Part shown: in pieces, positions 50,305-60,248 of the stretch | Position numbering within the stretch: position 1 is the first letter of the stretch | How the letters are laid out: every line of letters begins with the position of its first letter | Origin: Bacteroidales bacterium | GTDB taxonomy: Bacteria; Bacteroidota; Bacteroidia; Bacteroidales; UBA12077 | Assembly (NCBI GenBank): GCA_046482855.1 | Contig: JAWOEH010000210.1 | Coordinates: 1 to 62,286, forward strand | Length of the DNA: 62,286 nt | Direction of reading: 5' to 3' | The notes under the pieces: model-generated | Told to the model about the DNA's origin: nothing | Databases searched by the model: none | The model's input: only the letters and a program-made list of their open reading frames with translations | Position numbers and translations under genes: made by a program

Positions 50305-50330
50305 AAAAAGAGCCCTTAAAGGCTCTTTTT
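50303..50330. terminator. Bidirectional terminator
   Basis: aaaaaaagagcc-cttaaa-ggctcttttt between convergent stop codons. Confidence 0.85.
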
Positions 50331-50550
50331 AATATTCATCTTCATTGAAGAAGAAATCGTCTTTACTTGGATAATCTGGCCAGATATCTTCAATACTCTC
50401 ATAGACCTCTCCTTCATCTTCTATTTCCTGTAAATTCTCGATAACTTCAAGAGGAGCACCCGAACGCATTGCATAATCGATGAGCTCATCTTTTGTTGCT
50501 GGCCAAGGCGCGTCCTCCAATCTTGATGCGAGTTCTAATGTCCAGTACAT
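50329..50550 (-). CDS. DUF2795 family small acidic protein
   Basis: MYWTLELASRLEDAPWPATKDELIDYA...FFFNEDEY, a recognisable Bacteroidota small protein. Confidence 0.88.
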   Translation of the reverse strand: MYWTLELASRLEDAPWPATKDELIDYAMRSGAPLEVIENLQEIEDEGEVYESIEDIWPDYPSKDDFFFNEDEY

Positions 50551-50624
50551 ATACTTATTAATTTTAGTGGCTATTACAAAGTTTTGCAAATATAGAAATA
50601 TAATTCACAATTCAAAGATTCATT

Positions 50625-51173
50625 TTAAACTCTCGGTTTCCATTCAACTTCTTTTGCTTTAAGCTGCTTTGTCAGGGCTCTTGAAAGCACAAAAAGGTAA
50701 TCTGATAAACGATTCAGGTACTGAATAACTTGCTGGCTGTTGCTAAACTCCTTCTGTACCTTTAGGGTAACGCGCTCGGCTCTTCGGCATACATTGCGAG
50801 CGATATGACAAAACGATACCGTTGAGTGTCCTCCGGGCAGCACAAAGGCCCGTAATGGGGGCAGATCTTTTTCCATTGCGTCAATGGCACGTTCCAGATA
50901 CGTGATATCTCCGGAAGAAAGTTCGGGTAATTTTACTTCACAGTTCTCACAATCGGTAGCAACAATTGAGGCACAGGTCATGAGTCTGTCCTGTATTTCA
51001 ATCAGTTCCTCTTCTTGTTTTTTCGTTATGGCAACATCGCGCAAAAGCCCTATGTAGGCTGTTAATTCGTCGATGGTTCCATACGATTCAATGCGCTCAT
51101 TATCCTTTGGTATTCGGGTTCCGCCAATCAGTGATGTTTCTCCCCGATCGCCTGTTTTCGTATAGATTTTCAT
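50625..51173 (-). CDS. PduO-type cob(I)alamin adenosyltransferase
   Basis: KIYTKTGDRGET, YGTIDEL, CRRAER and YLNRLSDYLF motifs. Confidence 0.93.
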   Translation of the reverse strand: MKIYTKTGDRGETSLIGGTRIPKDNERIESYGTIDELTAYIGLLRDVAITKKQEEELIEIQDRLMTCASIVATDCENCEVKLPELSSGDITYLERAIDAMEKDLPPLRAFVLPGGHSTVSFCHIARNVCRRAERVTLKVQKEFSNSQQVIQYLNRLSDYLFVLSRALTKQLKAKEVEWKPRV

Positions 51174-51348
51174 GATAGGTCGCTATTCGTTGATTATTGA
51201 CAACACGCAAGCTTTGTGTATATGGTGTACATTTTTTTTTGAAAGAAGCTGCGAATTTGCAGATTATCCTTCCCAAATGCAAGCTATTTACAAGAAAATG
51301 CCTGTTTTCAACATTAACACAAGAGCCTGAAGAATGTTTAGCCTTTTG

Positions 51349-52059
51349 TTATAAGCTAAGGTTCCTGATAGGTTTTTCATTGAGCGTATCACTCTCAATC
51401 TTTCCATCACGCAACCGGATAACCCGATTGGCATGAAGGGCAATGTCCTCCTCGTGTGTAACGACAATAATCGTATTGCCCAAAGCGTGAATTTGCTCAA
51501 ATAGGTTCATGATGTCTACAGAGGTTTTAGAGTCAAGGTTTCCTGTAGGCTCATCAGCTAAGATGATGGAGGGTTTGTTTACCAGCGCTCTGGCAACGGC
51601 TACGCGTTGACGCTGACCGCCGGATAATTCGTTGGGTTTGTGCGTCATTCGATCGTCCAAGCCCACATGAAAAAGCGATTCGCGTGCCATGGCTATGCGT
51701 TCCTCTTTAGGAATACCTGCGTAAATAAGAGGGAGGGTTACATTTTCCAATGCTGTATAGCGGGGCAAGAGGTTGAAAGTTTGGAAGACAAAACCGATCT
51801 CTTTGTTGCGTATCTCGGCTAATTGATCATCAATCAGCTTGCTAACATCGGTATTGTTCAGTATGTACTGGCCTCCAGTGGGGGTGTCAAGACACCCCAG
51901 AATATTCATCAAGGTTGATTTTCCTGAACCTGATGGCCCCATAATGGCTACATACTCATTCTTGTTGATGGTAAGTGACACTTTTCGTAGCGCCCGGATT
52001 GTTTCCGTTCCTACATGGTAGTGCTTGGTAATATCGTTGAATGTGATAACATTTTCCAT
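51349..52059 (-). CDS. ABC transporter ATP-binding protein (LolD/MacB-like)
   Basis: [16 protein letters not shown] and [11 protein letters not shown] motifs; no adjacent permease. Confidence 0.93.
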   Translation of the reverse strand: MENVITFNDITKHYHVGTETIRALRKVSLTINKNEYVAIMGPSGSGKSTLMNILGCLDTPTGGQYILNNTDVSKLIDDQLAEIRNKEIGFVFQTFNLLPRYTALENVTLPLIYAGIPKEERIAMARESLFHVGLDDRMTHKPNELSGGQRQRVAVARALVNKPSIILADEPTGNLDSKTSVDIMNLFEQIHALGNTIIVVTHEEDIALHANRVIRLRDGKIESDTLNEKPIRNLSL

Positions 52060-52577
52060 AATCCGGCAATTTTGTACACGAAAATAACGAAATAAATCCT
52101 TATTTCTTCTTTCGAGAATTGTTTTTTTAGCGTTAGCTGCGAGTTTTTCTTGTTCCCTTTTTCCTCTTGGCTACATAAGGGTATTTGAAAGCATTCCACT
52201 TATAAAAAGCTTATCTGTCCGACCCCCTTCCGAAGGAAAGGTTTAGTCCGATTTTTCTTTTCTTCGACAGGGAGTCTGGTATAGTAAATCAGGCTTTTAC
52301 TGCTCTGTTGTGAGTTTAAGTCATTGCCATGTTTTGTTATTTTGTTATCAGGGCTACGCCCCTTCTATTTTCTATTCTAGTTATTTATCGAAGATTATAG
52401 CGCTAAAGCGTCATTTTTTGTTAATGGGGTAAGATCTTTTTAATGCTCATTTAGTCCATTGTAACAAAATTCGTATCGCCTGCTGTTTGCCAATGGATAA
52501 AACCTACTGGACAACTGCCATAGCGGATTGATTATGAGTTTATTGCCATTCTATGTTACTGAAAGCAATAAGTGCCA

Positions 52578-53369
52578 CTAAAACCGAATGGTAAAGTGCT
52601 GGTTGTTTAACCCTTTGCGGAATAGAACAATGCCTAACCGAAAAAGGTCGAAAGACATGGTAACATCCGGATGCTGTTTAATCTTTTCCCAGGCTTTCTC
52701 CATATGTTTTGACCAGTGTATGTCATGCAAAATGAATATAGCCTTGCTGCTTCGCTGTTTAAGTAACAGGTTGAAATAGTGCAGTGTAGGTTCACAGGCG
52801 TGATTTCCATCAATAAATGCCATGTCGATGGAGGTGAGGGAAGGAGCCAGTTGGGGCAGAAGGGTATCGAAAAGGCCCTGATGAAAATGGGTGTTGGTTA
52901 GTCCCACTTTATGTGCTTTTTCACGAGCCACATTGAGTTTGTTTTCGCTACCTTCGAGGGTGTGAACCTCTGCCTCGGGAGCTCCTGCAGCCAGGCAAAG
53001 TGTACTAAGGCCCACTGACGTGCCTATTTCAACAATGCACTTGGGTTCCCATCCACGTGCCAGGCGAAAAAGCAAGTTGGCCTCTTTTTTGTGTACACCT
53101 TGGTGTTTACTTATGCTGGCAACAGTAGCACTCACTTTGCTTGTATAATGTGAAGCTTCTCCGGGGGTGGTGTAGAAAATCTTTTTTTTATCTTTACGGT
53201 ATTGACTTAGGATAGTTTCTATCTCCGGAGCAAGATAGCAGCGCGATGGGCGTAGATATTTGCGTATAAATTGATAAGCACATGGGGAGTGAATGCCATG
53301 GCCATTTTGATGCCGGCTGGTTAGCAGGTAGTGCAAATAACGGAAACGATGATATAAAGCCTGATTCAT
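52578..53369 (-). CDS. Class I SAM-dependent methyltransferase
   Basis: HGIHSP, VEIGTSVG, FIDGNH and HDIHW motifs. Confidence 0.85.
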   Translation of the reverse strand: MNQALYHRFRYLHYLLTSRHQNGHGIHSPCAYQFIRKYLRPSRCYLAPEIETILSQYRKDKKKIFYTTPGEASHYTSKVSATVASISKHQGVHKKEANLLFRLARGWEPKCIVEIGTSVGLSTLCLAAGAPEAEVHTLEGSENKLNVAREKAHKVGLTNTHFHQGLFDTLLPQLAPSLTSIDMAFIDGNHACEPTLHYFNLLLKQRSSKAIFILHDIHWSKHMEKAWEKIKQHPDVTMSFDLFRLGIVLFRKGLNNQHFTIRF

Positions 53370-53399
53370 AGTAGCAATTTACAACAAATGTTGTGACGA

Positions 53400-55505
53400 A
53401 TGAATGAATTTTTTTTCAAAGATATTAAGTTTTTGCCTGGTGTGGGTCCTTCAAAGGCCGAAGTATTAGAAAAGGAGTTGAGCATAAAAACTTTTGGCGA
53501 CCTGCTTTACTACTTTCCTTATAAGTATGTGGATCGGTCGAAGGTGTTTTCAGTTAATGAGCTACGCGCCGATATGGCATATGTGCAGGTAAAGGTACAA
53601 CTTAGAGGTTGGAATTTTGCCGGTGAAGGGCGAAAAAAAAGGCTTGTAGCCATTGCCAGTGACGATACAGGGCAGATTGAGCTGGTTTGGTTCAAAGGGT
53701 TGCAATACGTTCAGAATAATTACCAACTTAATAAACCGTACCTGATATATGGCAAACCTACGCTTTTTAATGGGCATATTAATATAGCTCATCCCGAGAT
53801 TGAGGATCCTGCTGTAGCACGAAAAATGCTTCGCTCCCCTTTGCAAGGACACTATAATTCTACGGAAAAAGCCCGGAAGAAATACATAAATTCACGAAAT
53901 ATCGGGAAGTTGGTTGGAACGTTGTGGGATCTGGTGCATGAAAAAATTGAAGATACGCTTCCCGATTATTTGGTTCAGCGCTTTCATCTAATGCCTCTTG
54001 CCGAAGCCTTAAAAACGCTCCATTTTCCACATGATCATCCCCATCTTGAACAAGCACGTTATCGCATCAAGTTTGAAGAGCTCTTTTTGGTGCAAGTCAA
54101 TCTGATACAACGGTTGGAACTTCGAAATCAAAAGCTTAATGGCTATGTGTTTAAACATGTAGGCAATGCTTTTACTACGTTTTACCATCAACAATTGCCT
54201 TTTGAACTTACGGGGGCTCAGAAACGCGTGTTAAAAGAGATTCGGAAAGATATGGGTTCCGGGAAACAGATGAATCGCTTACTACAAGGCGATGTGGGCA
54301 GTGGGAAAACACTGGTGGCCCTTATGACTATGCTACTTGCCGTGGATAATGGATTTCAGGCATGCATGATGGCACCTACCGAAATTCTTGCCACACAGCA
54401 TTACGAGTCGGTAACCGACATGCTCAAGGGAATGGACGTTAAAGTACAATTGCTAACCGGCTCAACACGTAGTGCGGAGCGTAAAAAAATGCACACTGCA
54501 TTGTTGGCTGGTGATATTGATATCTTGGTAGGCACACATGCGCTTATCGAGGATGTAGTTCAGTTTCAACAATTGGGGGTTGCGGTTATTGATGAGCAAC
54601 ATCGATTTGGTGTAGCTCAGCGTGCTCGTCTGTGGAAAAAGAGTCAACAACCTCCCCATGTGTTAGTTATGACTGCCACTCCTATTCCCCGAACCCTGGC
54701 GATGACAATTTATGGGGATTTGGATGTTTCTGTTATCGATGAAATGCCCCCCGGACGAAAACCCATTCGAACCTTGCATTATTTTGAGTCTAAGCGTCTG
54801 CCCATGTTTGAATTTCTACGAAAAGAAATTCAGAAAGGTCGGCAAATTTATATTGTCTATCCATTAATTTCGGAGAGTGAGAAGATGGATTATAAAGATC
54901 TGGAAGATGGCTATCTGAGTATCTGCAGGGTGTTTCCGCAACCCGAATATGCCGTTTCTATTGTGCATGGTAAGATGAAAGCAGCGGACAAGGAGTACTC
55001 CATGAAGCTTTTTGCCGAGGGGAAAACCCAAATCATGGTAGCTACCACAGTAATTGAGGTTGGCGTAAATGTTCCCAATGCTTCGGTAATGGTCGTGGAA
55101 AGTGCCGAACGTTTTGGGTTGAGCCAGTTGCACCAGTTGCGAGGGCGCGTAGGGCGTGGAGCTGAGCAGTCCTATTGCTTGCTGATGACTTCACATAAAT
55201 TGTCGGAAGATGCGCGTAAACGCTTGGAAATGATGGTGCATACCAACGATGGCTTTGAAATTGCCGATGCCGATTTGAAACTCCGTGGCCCCGGTGATAT
55301 TGAAGGAACCCAGCAAAGTGGGTTGGGAGTGGAGTTTAAACTGGCGAATCTGGCCAGAGACGGAACCATTTTAACCTATGCTCGCGATATAGCTATTGAG
55401 GTGCTGGCGGCTGATCCGGGATTGCAACTGGAAAAAAACAGGAAGCTCAATTTGGCGTTAAAGCAATTAAAAGCCAATAAGATGGATTATAGTATTGTAA
55501 GCTAA
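53400..55505 (+). CDS. recG: ATP-dependent DNA helicase RecG
   Basis: QGDVGSGKT, DEQHRFG, TATPIPRT and QLRGRVGRG motifs. Confidence 0.97.
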   Translation: MNEFFFKDIKFLPGVGPSKAEVLEKELSIKTFGDLLYYFPYKYVDRSKVFSVNELRADMAYVQVKVQLRGWNFAGEGRKKRLVAIASDDTGQIELVWFKGLQYVQNNYQLNKPYLIYGKPTLFNGHINIAHPEIEDPAVARKMLRSPLQGHYNSTEKARKKYINSRNIGKLVGTLWDLVHEKIEDTLPDYLVQRFHLMPLAEALKTLHFPHDHPHLEQARYRIKFEELFLVQVNLIQRLELRNQKLNGYVFKHVGNAFTTFYHQQLPFELTGAQKRVLKEIRKDMGSGKQMNRLLQGDVGSGKTLVALMTMLLAVDNGFQACMMAPTEILATQHYESVTDMLKGMDVKVQLLTGSTRSAERKKMHTALLAGDIDILVGTHALIEDVVQFQQLGVAVIDEQHRFGVAQRARLWKKSQQPPHVLVMTATPIPRTLAMTIYGDLDVSVIDEMPPGRKPIRTLHYFESKRLPMFEFLRKEIQKGRQIYIVYPLISESEKMDYKDLEDGYLSICRVFPQPEYAVSIVHGKMKAADKEYSMKLFAEGKTQIMVATTVIEVGVNVPNASVMVVESAERFGLSQLHQLRGRVGRGAEQSYCLLMTSHKLSEDARKRLEMMVHTNDGFEIADADLKLRGPGDIEGTQQSGLGVEFKLANLARDGTILTYARDIAIEVLAADPGLQLEKNRKLNLALKQLKANKMDYSIVS

Positions 55506-55574
55506 AATACGACAGTTAAGGTAGGAAGAAGAGATCTTGAAAATAATAGAGTTGAATTGAAATAGAAAGAAACT

Positions 55575-56417
55575 ATGAAACCAAAACAGATTATAGGTAT
55601 GGGGCTCGCTTTTGGGTTGATGTTTATGTTGTCATCTCAGTGGGCTGGAGCTCAGAGCCGGTGCGTGGAAAAAGAATTGAGCTTCCAGAGTGGCGAGGAG
55701 ATTGATTATGTTATTACCTACAACTGGTTTTTGGTGTGGACCGATGTGGGGAAGGTAAAGTTTGAGGTACGCGATACCACAATGTACGAGCGCAATCTTT
55801 ACCAACTGATTGGTACAGGAACAACTTTTTCTTTTTACGATTGGTTTTTTCAGGTATACGATGTGTACCAAAGTTGGATCGATCCGGAAACTTTTCGCCC
55901 AGTCTATTATCACCGCGACGTGGATGAAGATGGCTACTTGATGGATATTAAATATTGGTACAACCACACGCAAAATGAAGTATACTCGCGGGTTCAAAAG
56001 CGAAGTAAACCAGCTTACCGCGATACGCTCAGTTTACCTAATTGTACCTTTGATGTAATGTCTGTAATTTATTACGCGCGCAATATCGATTTCGAGAACT
56101 ATGATATCGATCAGAAAATTCCCCTGAAAATTGTACTCGACAATGAGCTTACTGATGTGTACCTTCGCTATAAAGGCAAGGAAGTGCGGAAAGTACGTGG
56201 CGTAGGGCGGTTTAAAACCTTGAAATTTACAGGCTCCTTAATTGCAGGGGATGTATTTCAGGGGGGAGAGGATCTGGTTATTTGGGTCTCCGACGACGAA
56301 AATCGCATCCCTTTATGGATTGAAGCACCAATTATTGTGGGCAAAATTAAGGCCCGTTTAGTGGGGTATAAAGGCTTGAAATATCCGCTCTCTTCCCTGA
56401 TTGAATCCTTTGAATAG
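55575..56417 (+). CDS. DUF3108-like exported protein
   Basis: Signal peptide, FQSGEEIDY, FDVMSVIYYAR and IWVSDDENRIP. Confidence 0.75.
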   Translation: MKPKQIIGMGLAFGLMFMLSSQWAGAQSRCVEKELSFQSGEEIDYVITYNWFLVWTDVGKVKFEVRDTTMYERNLYQLIGTGTTFSFYDWFFQVYDVYQSWIDPETFRPVYYHRDVDEDGYLMDIKYWYNHTQNEVYSRVQKRSKPAYRDTLSLPNCTFDVMSVIYYARNIDFENYDIDQKIPLKIVLDNELTDVYLRYKGKEVRKVRGVGRFKTLKFTGSLIAGDVFQGGEDLVIWVSDDENRIPLWIEAPIIVGKIKARLVGYKGLKYPLSSLIESFE

Positions 56418-56421
56418 AACT

Positions 56422-56440
56422 ATTTAAAATGAATATAAAT
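56422..56440. promoter_or_regulatory. Fur-box-like palindrome upstream of rseC-rnf
   Basis: ATTTAAAATGAATATAAAT matches 15/19 of the palindrome, flanked by agaac/gttct. Confidence 0.4.
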
Positions 56441-56533
56441 AAGTTCTCTGTTAGGAAAAAGTCCTGAAAAGGGGAGAAAGATAGGTCCACATCATTATTT
56501 TTGTACTTGATTTGTGGACCTTAATCATTCAGC

Positions 56534-56962
56534 ATGACTACAACAACTCCCAAATCAATAGAACATAGTGGGCGCATTATATCCATTAAAGGGAATCAGA
56601 TACGGGTTCAATTTTTATCCCTATCGGGTTGTGCTTCGTGCCATGCCAAAGGCGTTTGCTCTGCTTCCGATATGGCTGAGAAAACTGTTGATGCCCTCGG
56701 AGACGGAGGCTTGTTTTCTGTAGGCGAAAAGGTGTTGGTAAGCTTGAAGCAAACATTGGGATTCCGGGCTGTATTTTATGGATATGTCTTCCCTTTTCTG
56801 TTGACATTATTCTTGCTAATTGTCCTGTCGGCCTTCGGATTTAACGAAGCCATTACAGGTATTGGTGCCTTGGCGGTTCTGCCTCCCTATTATGTTATAT
56901 TGTACATTTTACGAAAGCGCATCCAGAAGAAGTTTACTTTTTCTGTGAGGAAAATTGACTAA
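56534..56962 (+). CDS. rseC: RseC/MucC family protein
   Basis: IEHSG, SGCASCHAKGVC and two C-terminal TM helices. Confidence 0.88.
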   Translation: MTTTTPKSIEHSGRIISIKGNQIRVQFLSLSGCASCHAKGVCSASDMAEKTVDALGDGGLFSVGEKVLVSLKQTLGFRAVFYGYVFPFLLTLFLLIVLSAFGFNEAITGIGALAVLPPYYVILYILRKRIQKKFTFSVRKID

Positions 56963-56972
56963 AACTTACGCA

Positions 56973-57836
56973 ATGAGTACTACAATTATTTACACTATTA
57001 TCTCGCTAAGTGCGATTGGAGCTGTGGCAGCTATTATTCTATACGTGGTTGCCCAAAAATTTAAGGTGTATGAAGATCCCCGTATCGATCAGGTGGAGGA
57101 AGCTCTGCCAGCAGCCAATTGCGGAGGGTGCGGGTATCCCGGATGCCGGGGGTTTGCCGAAGCCCTTGTAAAGGCCGACGATCTTTCCGAACTATATTGT
57201 CCCGTGGGTGGCAATGATGTAATGAAAACAGTGGCCGATATTTTGGGCAAGAGTGTTGAGGAAAAAGATCCTCTGGTAGCTGTTGTCCGCTGTTCAGGTT
57301 CGCCCGACAAGCGAAAACGTACAAATGAGTACGACGGAGCAACCTCTTGTGCCATTGCCTCCAGTCTTTATGCCGGTGAAACGGGTTGCCAATATGGCTG
57401 TTTAGGATTGGGCGATTGTGTGGAGGCATGCGATTTCGATGCTATTCACATGAATCCTGTAACCGGCCTGCCCGAAGTGATTGACGACAATTGTACCGCT
57501 TGTAATGCCTGCGTCGAAGCTTGTCCGAACGACATTATCGAGCTACGCAAGAAGAATAAGAAAGATCGCAAAATCTTTGTGTCGTGTGTTAATCACGATA
57601 AAGGCGGCATTGCTAAAAAGGCTTGTGATGTGGCATGTATTGGGTGTGGCAAATGTGTGAAAGTATGTCCTTTCGATGCCATAACCCTGGATAACTTCCT
57701 GGCTTATATCGACCCAAATAAGTGTAAACTTTGTCGCAAATGCGTGGAGGTATGTCCTACAAATGCCATTTTGGAAATAAACTTTCCGCCACGCAAGAAG
57801 AAGGATGCTCCAAAGGAGACCACTGCAACTGAATAA
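56973..57836 (+). CDS. rnfB: Rnf complex subunit B (polyferredoxin)
   Basis: LPAANCGGCGYPGC and several CxxCxxCxxxCP motifs. Confidence 0.93.
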   Translation: MSTTIIYTIISLSAIGAVAAIILYVVAQKFKVYEDPRIDQVEEALPAANCGGCGYPGCRGFAEALVKADDLSELYCPVGGNDVMKTVADILGKSVEEKDPLVAVVRCSGSPDKRKRTNEYDGATSCAIASSLYAGETGCQYGCLGLGDCVEACDFDAIHMNPVTGLPEVIDDNCTACNACVEACPNDIIELRKKNKKDRKIFVSCVNHDKGGIAKKACDVACIGCGKCVKVCPFDAITLDNFLAYIDPNKCKLCRKCVEVCPTNAILEINFPPRKKKDAPKETTATE

Positions 57837-57869
57837 CTAAAGTACTAACTAAAATACAGGAGGGTTACC

Positions 57870-59201
57870 GTGTTAAAAACATTCCCAAAAGGAGGCGTTC
57901 ACCCAGCCGAAGGTAAGCTTTCGGCTGACCAACCTATAGCCACGCTTCCACTACCCGAAACTGTTTCCATACCCATAGCACAGCATATTGGAGCCCCTGC
58001 AAAGCCCACAGTGAAAAAGGGCGACCAGGTTAAAGTAGGCGATGTAATTGCCCAGTCAGGCGGTTTTGTTTCTGCCAATATTCATGCTTCGGTATCAGGA
58101 AAAGTGCTAAAAGTCGATAATGTGCTTGATACTTCGGGGTATAAAAAACCAGCTGTGATCATTCAGCGTGAGGACGATGTATGGAACGAAGAAATCGATC
58201 GCGATCCAACCTTTACTAAGCATATTAACCACTCGGCAAAAGAGATCGTTGAGAAGATCCTGAAAGCAGGAGTTGTAGGGCTTGGAGGGGCTACCTTTCC
58301 GGCTCATGTGAAACTTAGTGTGCCTGAGGGGAAAAAGGTCGACTTGTTAATTATTAATGGCGTAGAGTGCGAGCCTTATCTTACTGCCGATCACCGTTTG
58401 ATGCTGGAAAAAGCCGACCAGATGCTGGTAGGTATTCAGTTGCTTATGAAGGCATTAGGTGTGAATCGTGCCATCATTGGCATCGAAAACAATAAACCGG
58501 AGGCTATTAAACACTTGCAGACAAAAATTTCCAACTATCAGGGGATTGAAGTTCAGGGACTGAAAGTTAAATATCCTCAGGGAGGCGAAAAACAGCTAAT
58601 CAAAGCCTTAGTCAACAGGGAGGTTCCCTCTGGCGGATTGCCGCTGGATGTGGGTGCGGTTGTGCATAATGTGGGAACTGCCTATGCTGTATATGAAGCC
58701 GTACAAAAAAACAAGCCCCTTATTGAACGAGTGGTTACCGTTACAGGGAACTCAGTGGAACAGCCTTCTAATTTTATGGTACGCATAGGAACGCCTGTAA
58801 GTCAATTGATTGATGCTGCCGGCGGTTTGCCCCAAGATACCGGAAAAGTGATAAACGGAGGCCCTATGATGGGGAAAGCGCTTAACTCCCTTGATATACC
58901 CGTAGTAAAGGGAACTTCAGGCATCCTGATATTGCCCAAGGAGATGGCTAAGCGTAAAAAGGAGAGCACTTGTGTGCGCTGTGCAAAATGCGTAAGTGTT
59001 TGCCCAATGGGCTTGGAGCCTTTCCTTTTAATTAAACTGACCCAAAAGGAGATGTACGATAAGCTGGAAGCCAACGCAGTAATGGATTGTATCGAATGCG
59101 GTTCATGCAGCTATACGTGTCCGGCCGGCGTGCCATTGCTCGATTATATTCGACTGGGAAAAGGAAAAGTGAGTCAAATAATGCGATCGCGTAAGTCATA
59201 A
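57870..59201 (+). CDS. rnfC: Rnf complex subunit C
   Basis: QHIGAPA, GLGGATFP, NGVECEPYLT, YPQGGEKQL and two 4Fe-4S motifs. Confidence 0.95.
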   Translation: MLKTFPKGGVHPAEGKLSADQPIATLPLPETVSIPIAQHIGAPAKPTVKKGDQVKVGDVIAQSGGFVSANIHASVSGKVLKVDNVLDTSGYKKPAVIIQREDDVWNEEIDRDPTFTKHINHSAKEIVEKILKAGVVGLGGATFPAHVKLSVPEGKKVDLLIINGVECEPYLTADHRLMLEKADQMLVGIQLLMKALGVNRAIIGIENNKPEAIKHLQTKISNYQGIEVQGLKVKYPQGGEKQLIKALVNREVPSGGLPLDVGAVVHNVGTAYAVYEAVQKNKPLIERVVTVTGNSVEQPSNFMVRIGTPVSQLIDAAGGLPQDTGKVINGGPMMGKALNSLDIPVVKGTSGILILPKEMAKRKKESTCVRCAKCVSVCPMGLEPFLLIKLTQKEMYDKLEANAVMDCIECGSCSYTCPAGVPLLDYIRLGKGKVSQIMRSRKS

Positions 59202-59246
59202 TGAAGCCCGACTTCATTTGCTTGCAAAAAATAAAACCAAAAACTG

Positions 59247-60248
59247 ATGAATAGATTAATCACTGTATCACCATCACCGCATGTCTACCAGGATACCAGC
59301 GTGCGGCGTTTGATGTTGGATGTGGTCATAGCGTTGCTGCCGGCATTGCTGTTCTCCATCTACTTCTTTGGCATGGGGGCAATTATAGTCACGCTGGTGG
59401 CAGTATTGTCCTGTGTGGGGTTTGAGTACCTCATTCAAAAGTACTTATTAAAACAAGAACCTTCCATTTCCGATGGATCAGCCCTGCTAACCGGGTTGCT
59501 CCTGGCATTTAATGTGCCAACCAATCTGCCCATCTGGATTATTATCATTGGTAGTTTAGTGGCCATTGGGGTTGGAAAGATGTCCTTCGGCGGATTGGGT
59601 AATAACCCATTCAACCCGGCACTGGTAGGGCGCGTATTTTTATTGGTTAGCTTTCCGGTACAAATGACCAGTTGGCCCGAGCCAAAAGGGTTTAATACCG
59701 GCTATATCGACGCTTCCACAGGTGCCACGCCGCTTGGTGCATTAAAGGAAGGGCTGAAAAATGGAGGCAATGTGCCCGATCTGATGAATGATATTCCCTC
59801 GCACATGGAACTTTTCTATGGAAAGATGGGCGGTTCACTGGGAGAAATTGCTGCCTTAGCCTTGATTATCGGCTTTGTGTACCTGCTTTTCCGTAAGGTA
59901 GTTTCCTGGCATACACCTGTCTCGATTTTACTTTCCATTACTGTTTTTACAGGTATCTTATGGTTGGTGAATCCTGCACAATATGCCGATCCCCTTTTTC
60001 ACCTGCTTACCGGAGGTGTAATGTTGGGCGCTTTATATATGGCTACCGATTACGTTACTTCACCTATGACCATTAAGGGCATGTGGATTTATGGTATCGG
60101 TATTGGTGTTATTACGGTTGTCATTCGCGTCTTTGGCGCATATCCCGAAGGAGTCTCCTTTGCCATACTCATCATGAATGGATTTGTTCCGCTTATCAAT
60201 ATGTATGTAAAACCCAAACGTTTTGGAAAGGAGGTGAATCATGGCTAA
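59247..60248 (+). CDS. rnfD: Rnf complex subunit D
   Basis: SPSPH, FGGLGNNPFNPALVGR, the FMN site STGATP and MATDY. Confidence 0.95.
   Translation: MNRLITVSPSPHVYQDTSVRRLMLDVVIALLPALLFSIYFFGMGAIIVTLVAVLSCVGFEYLIQKYLLKQEPSISDGSALLTGLLLAFNVPTNLPIWIIIIGSLVAIGVGKMSFGGLGNNPFNPALVGRVFLLVSFPVQMTSWPEPKGFNTGYIDASTGATPLGALKEGLKNGGNVPDLMNDIPSHMELFYGKMGGSLGEIAALALIIGFVYLLFRKVVSWHTPVSILLSITVFTGILWLVNPAQYADPLFHLLTGGVMLGALYMATDYVTSPMTIKGMWIYGIGIGVITVVIRVFGAYPEGVSFAILIMNGFVPLINMYVKPKRFGKEVNHG

Noticed and set aside
51174..51348. Possible cobalamin riboswitch before the PduO-type gene
   Set aside because: Only an isolated GGGAAG on the minus strand; the other B12-element motifs and stems are missing.
56483..56521. 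Invertible (phase-variable) promoter at rnf
   Set aside because: The enclosed segment is only 21 bp, much shorter than known Bacteroides invertible promoters, and no recombinase gene is present in the window.
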